This document shows positions 1-10,300 of a stretch of DNA of 64,000 bases, piece after piece. The stretch covers positions 103,263 to 167,262 of the forward strand of contig CM119265.1 in the NCBI GenBank assembly GCA_051294375.1. The letters are read 5' to 3'. The notes beneath the pieces were generated by a model, which saw nothing but the letters and a program-made list of their open reading frames with translations, did not search any database and was not told where the DNA came from. The stretch is from Paraspadella gotoi. Its lineage: Eukaryota > Animalia > Chaetognatha. Each line of letters begins with the position of its first letter. Position 1 is the stretch's first letter. The translations under genes were made by a program, and so were the position numbers.

Positions 1-23
1 GACGAGAGCCTGAAAAAACGTGA

Positions 24-66
24 GGGAAACGCCAAAGGGGGACGACGTCGGTGAACGCCGTCCCCC
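24..66 (+). promoter_or_regulatory. -1 ribosomal frameshift signal (G_GGA_AAC plus hairpin)
   Basis: Slippery heptamer at 24-30 in the gag frame, 6-nt spacer, then GGGGGACGACGT/ACGCCGTCCCCC stem. Pol is in the -1 frame. Confidence 0.85.
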
Positions 67-3000
67 TCGCTTCAACTCAATCACCGTCGACAAATAACCT
101 CTTATACATTCGCGACGCCGGCGATCGGACTAAGTGGTTGGTCGACGGCGGGGCTCTACTATCGATCGTCCCGCCTACAAAGGAGCAACGTCAAGCCGGC
201 CCAGATCCAAAGATCCGCCTTCAAGCCGCCAACGGCTCACCGATTGAGTGTTATGGGACAGTCGACAAAGTGGTTCAACTCGGCAATAGAAAGTTTAATT
301 ATGAATTCATCGTCGCCAATGTCAAACAATTCATACTAGGCGCGGATTTCCTTGCTGAGAACTTTCTAGCACCTAACCACAGGGATGGACTACTACTTGA
401 TCTGCGTGATTACTCAACAATCGCCGCTTCAGTGGCGTCAGAAACTCCAGCGCACATCAACCTCGTCGACCGACAGGGCGAGCGATATTATAAACTCCTC
501 GACTCTTTCCCATCACTAGCCACGCCAACTTTCGAGGTGAAAGATCCTAAGCATGGAGTTACACACTCCATTCCCACTGAAGGCAGACCATGCCAATCAA
601 GGGCACGCCGCTTAGATCCAGAAAAGCTGGCCGTCGCTAAACGTGAGCTGGAGAAAATGGTTTCTCTGGGCATAGCTCGACGTGGAAAATCTGAATGGTC
701 ATCTCCGCTTCATGTTGTGGAAAAACCCGACGGCGGATGGCGTTGTTGTGGGGATTACAGGCGCCTAAATTCCCAAACAATAGATGACAAATATCCAGTT
801 AAACTTCTAACGGATTTTAACTCACAGCTTGAGGGAAAGACGATTTTTTCTAAAATCGATCTTTTGAAGGGCTATCATCAGATACCCGTCAATCCTGATG
901 ACGTTAAAAAAACGGCGGTTATCACCCCGTTTGGATTGTATGTCTTTCCACGTTGCCCATTCGGTCTTAAGAATGCCGGGCAAGATTTTCAGAGGCTCAT
1001 GGATGAGATCTTGGGGGAAATCCCCCATACCTTTGTTTATCTTGACGACATTCTTGTTGCCTCATCGTCACCAGAGGAGCATTACCAAGACCTCGAGCGC
1101 GTGTTTAAAGCACTGGATGCCAACGGCTTAGTAGTAAATACTAAGAAATGTCTGCTAGGACAGGACTCGCTGGAGTTCCTAGGCTTCTTGGTGGACAAAA
1201 ATGGCGTACGACCTCTGCCTAAACGCGTACAGACTCTCCAAGAAACGACAAGGCCAACTACCATCAAGGAACTCCAGCGGTTCCTAGGTATGGTAAATTA
1301 CTACAGGCGCTTTATTCCGAAAGTCGCCCATAGATGCGCACCACTTTACGACGCATTAAGTGGCAAACCGAAAACCCTCGAATGGACAAGCGACTGCGAT
1401 CGAGCATTCGAAGCCATCAAGGAAGGATTAGTGCAAGCGGCTCTCCTCCACCACCCCAGAACCGGCGCTCAATTGTGCATCACGACCGACGCGTCGGACC
1501 AGGCAGTGGGCGCGGTCCTGGAGCAGCGTGGGCCAAAAGGCTGGGAACCGCTCGCCTTTTTTTCGACCAAACTGGCCAAAAACCAGAGGTTATGGCCTCC
1601 CTTCGACAAGGAGCTTTTCGGCGCCTTCAAGGCCGTCCGGCATTTCCGGCATTGGGTGGAAGGACGTTCTTTTACGTTGTACACCGATCACCAGAGTTTG
1701 GTCTCAGCCATAAGGAAAAAGTCGGAACCACAAACAGTGCGTCAATCCTATCAATTGTCTGTCATTGCAGAATTTACGACGGATGTTAGGTACTTAAAGG
1801 GCAAGGCGAACGTGGTCGCCGACGCCCTATCTCGACCTAACGCCCTGCCGACGACGACGACTCCGCCGACGAATCCCTCCACGTCAGCGACGCAGGCCTC
1901 AACGCCAACGTCAACAGATTCACCGGCGACTCGGCCCAAAAACTCAATGACGACCTCATCATCAAGCGAGACCGCTCATACGCCTTCATCATCGACAGCG
2001 ACGACCGATTCCGCGCTCATAGCGTCAACATCCTCAACAGAAAACGAAAAAGAGAGAGGAATAAAGGAGAATCGACTCGAGGACGCCCACGCGTTAATAT
2101 CGTCGCTAACAAACTTCGAAATAAACTTCGAACAAATGGCAAGGGAGCAGGTGCTTGATCCAGATTACCAGAGCATAGCAGAGAATGCAAGATCAGGACT
2201 CTCATTTAGAAAAATTAAAGTGGGGGAACAAGATCTACTCGTTGACGTTTCAAACGGGCCGGCGCGCCCATTCGTCCCGGCGTCATGGCGCCGGCGGATT
2301 TTCGACATTATACATGGACTCGGCCATCCGGGAGTAGAGGCCACACGCAAAGCAGTCGCGGCCAAATTCGTCTGGACGTCGATGCGCCAAGACGTGACGA
2401 AGTGGGCGCGGGACTGCTTGGACTGCCAGCGAGCCAAAGTTACCAGACACGTTGTCCCGGAAATCGGCGAGTTTAAGGTGCCACCACAACGATTTCAACA
2501 TCTCAACTTAGATCTCGTTAAAATGCCAACGTCTAACGGCTTCTCTCACTTACTAACAATAGTCGACAGGTTTTCGAGATGGCCGTCAGCCATCCCGATC
2601 AAGGACACCCTCACTACAACCATTCTAGATGCTTTGAGTCACAATTGGATTAGTGTGTTCGGCACGCCCACAATAATCACCACCGATAGAGGAACTCAAT
2701 TTAATTCCGCGCTGTGGCGTCAATTGACCAAAAGCTGGGGAATTAAACATCAGATGACGACCTCCTACCACCCCCAGGCGAACGGCCTAGTAGAACGATT
2801 TCATAGGAGGTTGAAGGAGTCCCTCATCGCCCTCGCTCGAGAAAACCGTGAAAAATGGTTTTGGAAGCTTCCAATGACAATGCTCGCAATTCGTACGACT
2901 ATCAAAGAGGACATCGGCGCCTCCGCGGCCGATTTGGTCTTCGGCGAGGGCATCAGAGTCCCCGGCGCCCTTCTCGACGACCCTCAAAACGACAACGCCG

Positions 3001-3818
3001 AGCTACAACGTCAACGACGGAACCAATTGGCGAAACTGCGCGTCGAGGTGGCGAGGCTACAACCAACTCCAACATCAGCTCATCACCATCCGACAATCCA
3101 TCTTCCAAGCAACCTCCAGACGGCACAATACGTTTTCGTCAAACGCGCAGGCGTCAATCCACCCTTGGTCCCGCCCTACGAGGGCCCCTACAAGGTAATT
3201 AACAGAAATGGAATTAATTTTACAATTGAAATTCCCAGCGTCGGACGAGAGACGATCAACATCGCGCGCGTGAAGCCAGCTTGGGTCAGCGACGAGACGC
3301 TGGAGGTCGATCAAGCACACCCCCAGCGACGCCCACCAGGCCGTCGACCCGGTCCCAGGACAACAACGCCGGCGCCAACATCACGAATCACGCGTTCAAA
3401 TCATCAACGCGCCTCTTCACCCGATCCGACGCCTCCGTCTCCTCCTCCTCCTCCTCCTCCTCCTCCTCCTCCTTCACCGACCGTCTCCCCGACCTCACCC
3501 AAGCAACCCCATCGTCTCCCCGACCCCCACCAGTCGCCTTTACGTTTTTTCTCAAATCCTTCCCATTCTCCCGAGCCTCCACGCAAGACGAGTCCAGCGT
3601 CAAAAAGGCAAAAAGGGGAAGACAACAACAACAACAACGAAAAGAGAGAGAATGAGCCAATCATCGAACGTTTCTCTAAGCCAAGCTCAGACGACTTCTC
3701 ACGAAGATGTCCAGGCATGACAAGACCTACATATTCCGTTGTACTGAAGGAGATGCTCAGAAGACAAAACGATCACAACAACAACAACCAAAAAAGCAAA
3801 AGTCCCCCTGTCACCTAA
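51..3818 (+). CDS. pol: Pol polyprotein (protease-RT-RNase H-integrase), probably expressed by -1 frameshift from gag
   Basis: LVDGGA (PR), YLDD (RT), TDAS/ADALSR (RNase H), HGLGH..CLDC (IN zinc finger), TTDRG/NGLVERFH (IN core), YEGPYKV (GPY/F). Confidence 0.97.
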   Translation: MNAVPLASTQSPSTNNLLYIRDAGDRTKWLVDGGALLSIVPPTKEQRQAGPDPKIRLQAANGSPIECYGTVDKVVQLGNRKFNYEFIVANVKQFILGADFLAENFLAPNHRDGLLLDLRDYSTIAASVASETPAHINLVDRQGERYYKLLDSFPSLATPTFEVKDPKHGVTHSIPTEGRPCQSRARRLDPEKLAVAKRELEKMVSLGIARRGKSEWSSPLHVVEKPDGGWRCCGDYRRLNSQTIDDKYPVKLLTDFNSQLEGKTIFSKIDLLKGYHQIPVNPDDVKKTAVITPFGLYVFPRCPFGLKNAGQDFQRLMDEILGEIPHTFVYLDDILVASSSPEEHYQDLERVFKALDANGLVVNTKKCLLGQDSLEFLGFLVDKNGVRPLPKRVQTLQETTRPTTIKELQRFLGMVNYYRRFIPKVAHRCAPLYDALSGKPKTLEWTSDCDRAFEAIKEGLVQAALLHHPRTGAQLCITTDASDQAVGAVLEQRGPKGWEPLAFFSTKLAKNQRLWPPFDKELFGAFKAVRHFRHWVEGRSFTLYTDHQSLVSAIRKKSEPQTVRQSYQLSVIAEFTTDVRYLKGKANVVADALSRPNALPTTTTPPTNPSTSATQASTPTSTDSPATRPKNSMTTSSSSETAHTPSSSTATTDSALIASTSSTENEKERGIKENRLEDAHALISSLTNFEINFEQMAREQVLDPDYQSIAENARSGLSFRKIKVGEQDLLVDVSNGPARPFVPASWRRRIFDIIHGLGHPGVEATRKAVAAKFVWTSMRQDVTKWARDCLDCQRAKVTRHVVPEIGEFKVPPQRFQHLNLDLVKMPTSNGFSHLLTIVDRFSRWPSAIPIKDTLTTTILDALSHNWISVFGTPTIITTDRGTQFNSALWRQLTKSWGIKHQMTTSYHPQANGLVERFHRRLKESLIALARENREKWFWKLPMTMLAIRTTIKEDIGASAADLVFGEGIRVPGALLDDPQNDNAELQRQRRNQLAKLRVEVARLQPTPTSAHHHPTIHLPSNLQTAQYVFVKRAGVNPPLVPPYEGPYKVINRNGINFTIEIPSVGRETINIARVKPAWVSDETLEVDQAHPQRRPPGRRPGPRTTTPAPTSRITRSNHQRASSPDPTPPSPPPPPPPPPPPSPTVSPTSPKQPHRLPDPHQSPLRFFSNPSHSPEPPRKTSPASKRQKGEDNNNNNEKRENEPIIERFSKPSSDDFSRRCPGMTRPTYSVVLKEMLRRQNDHNNNNQKSKSPPVT

Positions 3819-4158
3819 CTGACAATCGGAGCGTCTTCTCCCAGGCATCCTCGGTCTTCCTCCCGCCAGCTCCGATTGCCAGTGGCCTAATTGTACAGTA
3901 TTTTACAAATTTGATTATTATTTTACAAAGTTTAGTAATTTTTGGTTGTTATGGAATTTTTTGAAATGTTATGGAATGACGATGGAGTAATTTTTGCACG
4001 TTTAAACCGGTCTTTAGACCAAATTTTTATTTTTCGTTGTATATAGAAGTATATATATTTTAGAGAAATTAATTATCAACACACAAGTCAAACACACAGA
4101 TGGACGACAACTAATTTTGTTATAATATGTTATTACCCATTATTACAACAGGGGGGCA

Positions 4159-4853
4159 TGCGGCCACCTGAGACAATTAATTTCGGTGTATTCCAGAGTT
4201 GGATTCGAACCATCGAACTCAGGCCTGGGACGCTGGGACTATGAGCAATCAGCACCAGGAAGGCCATGAGTCTTAGATGATTAAAACAGATCTTATAGGC
4301 TTTAATCCTTCTTCTTCGAAGCCAGCCTTTTGTTTTCAACTCAGATCAACTGATTTGTTCACACAATCAAATAGATGGCTTCCCGCCTTTTCAAACTGAT
4401 TAGTTTCAACTGATTGTTACCTGAAAATCGATTTCTCTGATTATAGTCACTCTGGTTTTTAATCTCGAAATAAAACGTTGATCTTTCACAATAAAAAACA
4501 TTGTTTTTAATTCTTCTCTCAATGTAAATAATACATTCCTTCAAAGAGAAAAACCTTATTGTTGAAACTCTCTCAATTTGAATTCGAATTCTTAATAATC
4601 AAGTAAATATCTTCTACAATGATTTAAACTTCGATTTAAAATATTCAAACTGATTTAAAACTCATTCGACTTGATTTTAACCTCGATATTAAAATATCAA
4701 ATTGAAAACATCAACTCTGTTATAATGTGAGCACGCTTTCCCTGCCCGGCAGGTTCATCTTCACTTGAAGTGGATTCACTTACTCGATTAGTTACGCGTC
4801 ACGTTCCTGTCACGCCACGAGTCACGCTGTGGTGACCTCGATGTCGAGCCACA
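4159..4853 (+). repeat. 3' LTR of E1 (~695 bp)
   Basis: Starts TGCGGC right after the PPT and ends GCCACA before (TTAGGG)n. Confidence 0.9.
4191..4261 (-). other. tRNA-like (Pol III B-box) cassette in E1 LTR, antisense to the element
   Basis: Minus strand reads TTCCTGG...GATGGTTCGAATCCAACTCTGGAA, with B-box GGTTCGAATCC and partly paired ends. Confidence 0.7.
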
Positions 4854-5447
4854 TGGGTTAGGGTTAGGGTTAGGTTAGGGTTTAAGGGTTAGGGTTAGGG
4901 GTTAGGGTTAGGGGTTAGGGTGTAGGGTTAGGGTTAGGTTAGGGTTGGGTTAGGGTTAGGGTTAGGGTTAGGGTTAGGGTTAGAGGGTTAGGGTTGGTTA
5001 GGGTTAGGGTTAGGGTGTTAGGGTTAGTAGGGTTAGGGTTAGGGTTAGGGTTTAGGCGTTTAGGGTTAGGGGTTAGGTTTAAGGGTTAGGGGGTTAGGGG
5101 TTTAGGGTTAGGGTTAGGGTTAGGGTTAGGTAGTTAGGGTTAGGGTTAGGGAGGGTTAGGTTAGGGTTAGGTTAGGGTTAGGGTTAGGGTTAGGGTTGTG
5201 TGGTGGGTTAGGGGGTTAGGGGTTAGGGTTAGGGTTAGGGTTAGGGTTAGGTGTTAGCGGGTTAGGGTTAGGGTTAGGTTAGGGTTAGGTGGTTAGGGTT
5301 AGGGTTAGGGTAGGGTTAGGGTTAGGGTTAGGGTTGGGGTTTAGGTTAGGGGTTAGGGTTAGGGTTAGGGGGTTAGGTTTAGGGTTAGGGTTAGGGGTTA
5401 GGGTTAGGGTTAGGGGTTAGGGTTAGTGGTTAGGGTTAGGGTTAGGG

Positions 5448-5484
<37 letters not shown>

Positions 5485-5523
5485 GTTAGGGTTTTAGGGT
5501 TAGGGTTTAGGTTAGGTTAGGGT
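4854..5523 (+). repeat. (TTAGGG)n telomeric-repeat tract
   Basis: Tandem TTAGGG with scattered indels. Confidence 0.98.
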
Positions 5524-5957
5524 TGTAGCCTGTGACCGCAGAAAAATAATAATAATATTTTTATAATAACCGAATCATTAATTATTAATTAATTAATCCT
5601 TCCATGATTAATATCCTTCTATTACGAGTCCTCTGATAATTAATTACGAGTTATAAATAACACTTACCTGATCGGATTCGAACCAGCGACCTAGCGGCCC
5701 ATAGTCCGATGCTCTAACCACTTGGCCGCCGAGACACTTTAGTTACAAATGATTGGAACTTCCTCATATTGAATTCTGAAAGCTCCCGACGTCCCTTTTG
5801 TTTTATATATCGAATCCAAGGGCCTTCGTTATCGTTATTAATCCAAAATGGCCGCTGCTGATAAGCAGATGATATTTGTAACCTTTACAGAGACGATTCG
5901 GTTATAAGTCACTTCTCTTTGATCCTGTAACTCTGCCAGGGTATTCGCCTATCTACA
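5524..5957 (+). repeat. 5' LTR of E2
   Basis: Direct repeat of 11630-12064 with TG..CA ends. Confidence 0.95.
5667..5737 (-). other. tRNA-like A/B-box cassette in E2 LTR (second copy 11770-11841)
   Basis: Minus strand: GTGTCTCGGCGGCCAAGTGGTTAGAGCATCGGACTATGGGCCGCTAGGTCGCTGGTTCGAATCCGATCAGG. A-box-like GGCCAAGTGG and B-box GGTTCGAATCC; the acceptor stem is poorly paired. Confidence 0.8.
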
Positions 5958-6263
5958 ACTGGTGAGCCCAACTCGAACTGATTTACCAACCTCTGATACT
6001 TATCTCAAAACCTACCGCCAATCTTACTGAGCTTAGAACTTATTCATCGAAAATGAGTCTTTTCCTCTAAACTGAATAAACAACTAATAAATCAAACAAA
6101 ACAGAAGAAAACGGAGGACAACGTTTCCAAGAGGTCGTTCAGCGGATCCAATCGTCTCCTCAGGTAGGCAAGACGTGAAGCATTAGGCTAATTTTCCTTG
6201 CCTATCTCTCACCACGACCTTCCTCCCTTTTCTTTCCCCCTTTCCAACGCCATCAACTGACGA

Positions 6264-7355
6264 ATGAGTGGCCCTGCCGGCAGCACCCGCGCACGAATCG
6301 CGCAAACCAGCAGCACCAGTGAAGCTTCTCCAGGTGCTCCAGACAACGCCGCCTTCCTTCAACCTCCACCTTCCGCTGCAATTGGATTTGGGCGTGGCAG
6401 ACGCTCTCCAAACGCGATCGCCGCCCAAGGCAACTTCAATTTCCAACCGACGTCTCCATTCGCCGCCCACATGGCCGCCGCCGCGGCGCCAGATCCTCAG
6501 GAGGAACTCGTCCGCGCCCTCGCCGCCACGCTCTCTGCATCCCTTCAGGGCATGTCTCTTAAGAAGCCTAAGTTACCCGACTTCGACGCTGATANNNNNN
6601 NNNNGTGGATACAGCGAGTGGAGGCGGCCTACACTCGCGCAGGCACCTCCACAGCCAAGGAAAAGTNNNNNNNNNNAGAGGACAAGTTCGCTGTCGACTT
6701 TAACCCTCGCGTTAACGCCTTTCTCTTCGGAACGGCCGACGACACCCAATGGACAGCTTTCCTCGATTATCTCAGGACCGAATATGGCCGAACTCGGTCA
6801 CAACAAGCGTCATCTCTGATCGATGGCACTCGTCGAGAGGGCCGTCGACCTTCTCAGCTCCTCGCCATCATGAAGGAGAAGGCGGGGAAAGTCACAGTGG
6901 ATGATATCCTCAAAGAATTACTCCTACGCGAATTACCAACGGAAATTCAGCGAAATCTAGCGGAGAGAGTCGAATCCGTCGACGCCGAGACGGCCGCCAA
7001 ATTCGCCGACGCTTACTTCGACAAAGAAGGAAAACCTCTACACTCAGCGTCATCAACGGCGGCCTTCGCCGTCAATCAGCCGATTCCCAATCTGATGCAG
7101 GACGACACCTTTTCAAATGACGACATAAACGCCGTCAATCGACCTCGTCAAGGTCAAGCAGCCCGTCGACCTTTCAGCGCAGCACGTCGACCAGCGAATC
7201 CCGATAAGGCAACTATGGATCATAGCCATCAGTCGAAAACGTCAAAAGTAGAAATATGCTACTATCATCGAAAATTCGGCGACTNNNNNNNNNNATGTGA
7301 GTCAGGCTGTTTCCGTTATCGCACGGAAAACTCGAAGGCCGGCGNNNNNNNNNNA
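6264..7355 (+). CDS. gag: Gag with CHCC zinc knuckle (true stop masked by N; the ORF track over-extends it to 7604)
   Basis: KLPDFD..WIQRVEA N-terminal motif and CYYHRKFGD....CESGC; homologous to E5 Gag, which ends GGRK*. Confidence 0.88.
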
Positions 7356-10300
7356 ACGCCATCCCGACCGGCCCAATTATCAACAGCAACGATGCCCTTC
7401 TCTTCGTTCACGATAGCGACAACAAACTCACGTGGCTCGTCGACGGCGGCGCCACAGTGTCCATCGTTCCCCCAACTAAACAAGAGAGAGAACGAGGAGA
7501 AAATAAAACTAAACTCAGGGCAGCTAACGGATCTCCCATTCCCTGTTTTGGTTACAAGGACGTCCAGGTCCGTCTCGGAGGTAGAAAATTTCCCTTCACT
7601 GTAACCATTGCAGAAGTCACTCAACCCATATTAGGCTCAGACTTTTTGGCTGAGCACTATCTCGCCCCAAACCATCGAGATGGTTTTTTAATAGACCTGC
7701 AGAATTTTAGTACAATCCCAGCATCAAAAGCAAATAAGCAACAACCTTTAAGGGTAAATTTCGTCGATCAGGCCGACGACCCCTATTATAAGTTATTAGA
7801 TACTTACCATGACCTTTGCACTCCATCGTTTCAACCAAAGGACCCTAAACATGGAGTGAGACATTACATTCCCACAACAGGTCGTCCAGTTCAATCGCGA
7901 GCCCGTCGATTGGCCCCCGACAAACTCGAGGTGGCCAAGAAGGAGCTGGACAAACTCTGCGAACTAGGCATCGCCCGCCGCGCCAAAAGCGAGTGGGCGT
8001 CGCCCTTGCTCGTCGTCAACAAACCGGACGGCGGTTACCGCGTTTGTGGAGACTTTCGTCGCCTAAACAACGCCACCCTCGACGACAAATACCCGGTGAA
8101 AACCCTTAACGACTTCAACGCCAACTTGTGTGGAAAGAAAGTCTTCAGTAAAATCGATTTACTGAAGGGTTATCACCAGATACCCGTGGCCGACGAGGAC
8201 ATACAAAAAACCGGCGTCATAACTCCATTCGGCTTATATGTCTTCCCTAGGACCCCGTTCGGTCTAAAGAACGCGGGTCAAGACTTTCAACGCTTGATGG
8301 ATGAAATTCTTGATGGACTTCCCTACGTCTTTGTGTATATCGATGATATACTGGTCGCCTCCAAAAATCACGAGGAACACGAGAAACACCTCCGAGAAGT
8401 TTTCGATACACTTCACCAAAACGGTCTTGTTGTCAACAGACAGAAATGTGTATTGGGAAAGCCTTCTCTAGAATTTTTAGGCTACCACGTAGACGCCAAC
8501 GGGATCTCCCCACTACCAGGGAGAGTGGCCGCCATTAACGAGACCACACCACCCACAACCATAAAGGAACTCCAAAGGTTCCTGGGGATGATCAATTATT
8601 ATAGGCGATTCATCCCCAGGTCAGCTCATCACCTCTATCCACTCTTCGAGGCATTGAAAACAAAAACGAGGCCACGCACCTTAGACTGGACGCCAGCTTG
8701 CCAACAAGCTTTTGATTCCATTAAGCAAGCACTCGCTAAGGCCACAATGCTTTGCCATCCTCGACCAGGTGCATCCCTAGNNNNNNNNNNTGACGCCTCA
8801 AACACGGCAATAGGCGCCGTATTGGAACAAAGAGGCCCTCGTGGCTGGGAGCCACTGGCATTTTTTTCTGCCAAACTACAAAAGAGTCAACAATTATGGC
8901 CTCCATTCGATCGGGAATTGCTCGCAGCATGGCGAGCCATTCGCCACTTCAGAACCATGATCGAAGGCCAAAAATTCACACTCTACACAGACCACAAATC
9001 GTTGATTCCAGCATTAGCAAAAAAATCAGAGCCACACACGGCACGACAAACTTACCAGCTCGCCGGCATAGCGGAATTTACCACCGATATACAATACCTC
9101 GCCGGCAAAGCAAACGTCGTCGCCGATTCTCTGTCTCGACCAAATGCTGAGAAAAATCCGAATTCGAATCCTTCTCCTCCTACTCCTTCTTCTCCCCCTC
9201 CCTCACCCACTCCCCAACCTCTCTTCCCTTCTTTCTCTGCCCCCATTCCCTCTCCTCCCCCAATTGTAGCTACAATCGACAAAGAAGTCCCCACGGAGAA
9301 GCAACAAGATCTCGATCAACTCGTTTACTCAATCCTTCAACACGGTTTGGACATGCAAAAGATGGCCGTCGACCAGCCACTGGACGCCGAGTTTCGACGC
9401 ATCACAACCGACGCTAGTTCCAGCCTCCGTTTCCGCCGGATCCCGATTGGAGAAACGTCTATCACAGTCGACATTAGTAATGGCCCTCCTCGCCCCTTCG
9501 TGCCATTCTCCTGGCGCCGTCGAGTCTTCGAGACGGTCCACAATCTGGGCCATCCCGGCGTCGAGAGGACACGACAAACAATCAGCGAAAAATTCGTGTG
9601 GCCCTCAATGCGCGCCGATGTCTCTCGGTGGGCTCGAGAGTGCCACGAATGTCAGCGGTCCAAAGTAACGCGAAATACGGTGCGGAAATAGGCACCTTCG
9701 AAACTCCCTGAGCGCCGCTTCAATATATTCAACGTCGACATCGTGACCCTTCCATCATCGAACGGATTTAACTATGTCTTAACGGCCGTCGACAGATTCA
9801 CTCGATGGCCGACAGCTATCCCCATGAAGGATATCGCAGCCAAGACCGTCGCCGACGCTCTCGTCCATGGCTGGATATCCTCCTTCGGAGTGCCGGCCAC
9901 TATTACAACAGATCGAGGTTCCCAATTCCTCTCCTCGACATGGCGACAATTATTATCTTCATGGGGAATTTCTCACAACTTAACTACAGCCTACCATCCC
10001 CAATCGAACGGCCTCGTAGAGAGGTTCCACCGGCGCTTAAAAGAAGCCCTCATCGCTCTCGGCGCTGATTCACGAGGAGATTGGTATTGGCGACTTCCCT
10101 GCGCCCTTCTCGCCATCAGGACGACGCTCAAACCTGACGTCGGCGCCTCTCCAGCCGAACTCGTATATGGAGAAGCAATAGCGGTCCCTGGGGACCTAAT
10201 TTCGACTCAGACCGGAAGTGACGCCCGCGAGAGAGAGCAACGACGCCGCACACTCGCCAATTTGCGCCTCGAGGTCTCACGTCTACAACCAGCTCCAACG

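Larger units (their letters stand above)
1..4853 (+). mobile_element. Ty3/gypsy (CsRn1-like) LTR retrotransposon E1, subfamily A, 5' part outside the window
   Basis: Gag tail (EGNAKGGRRR*), intact pol, PPT AACAGGGGGGCA at ~4147-4158, and a 3' LTR TG..CA followed by telomeric repeats. Confidence 0.95.

Noticed and set aside
5667-5985. The idea that each LTR tRNA-like RNA is the element's own self-encoded primer
   Set aside because: The 3' ends of the cassettes checked (E2, E4, TRIM) are not complementary to the cognate PBS, which fits host tRNA-Trp better.
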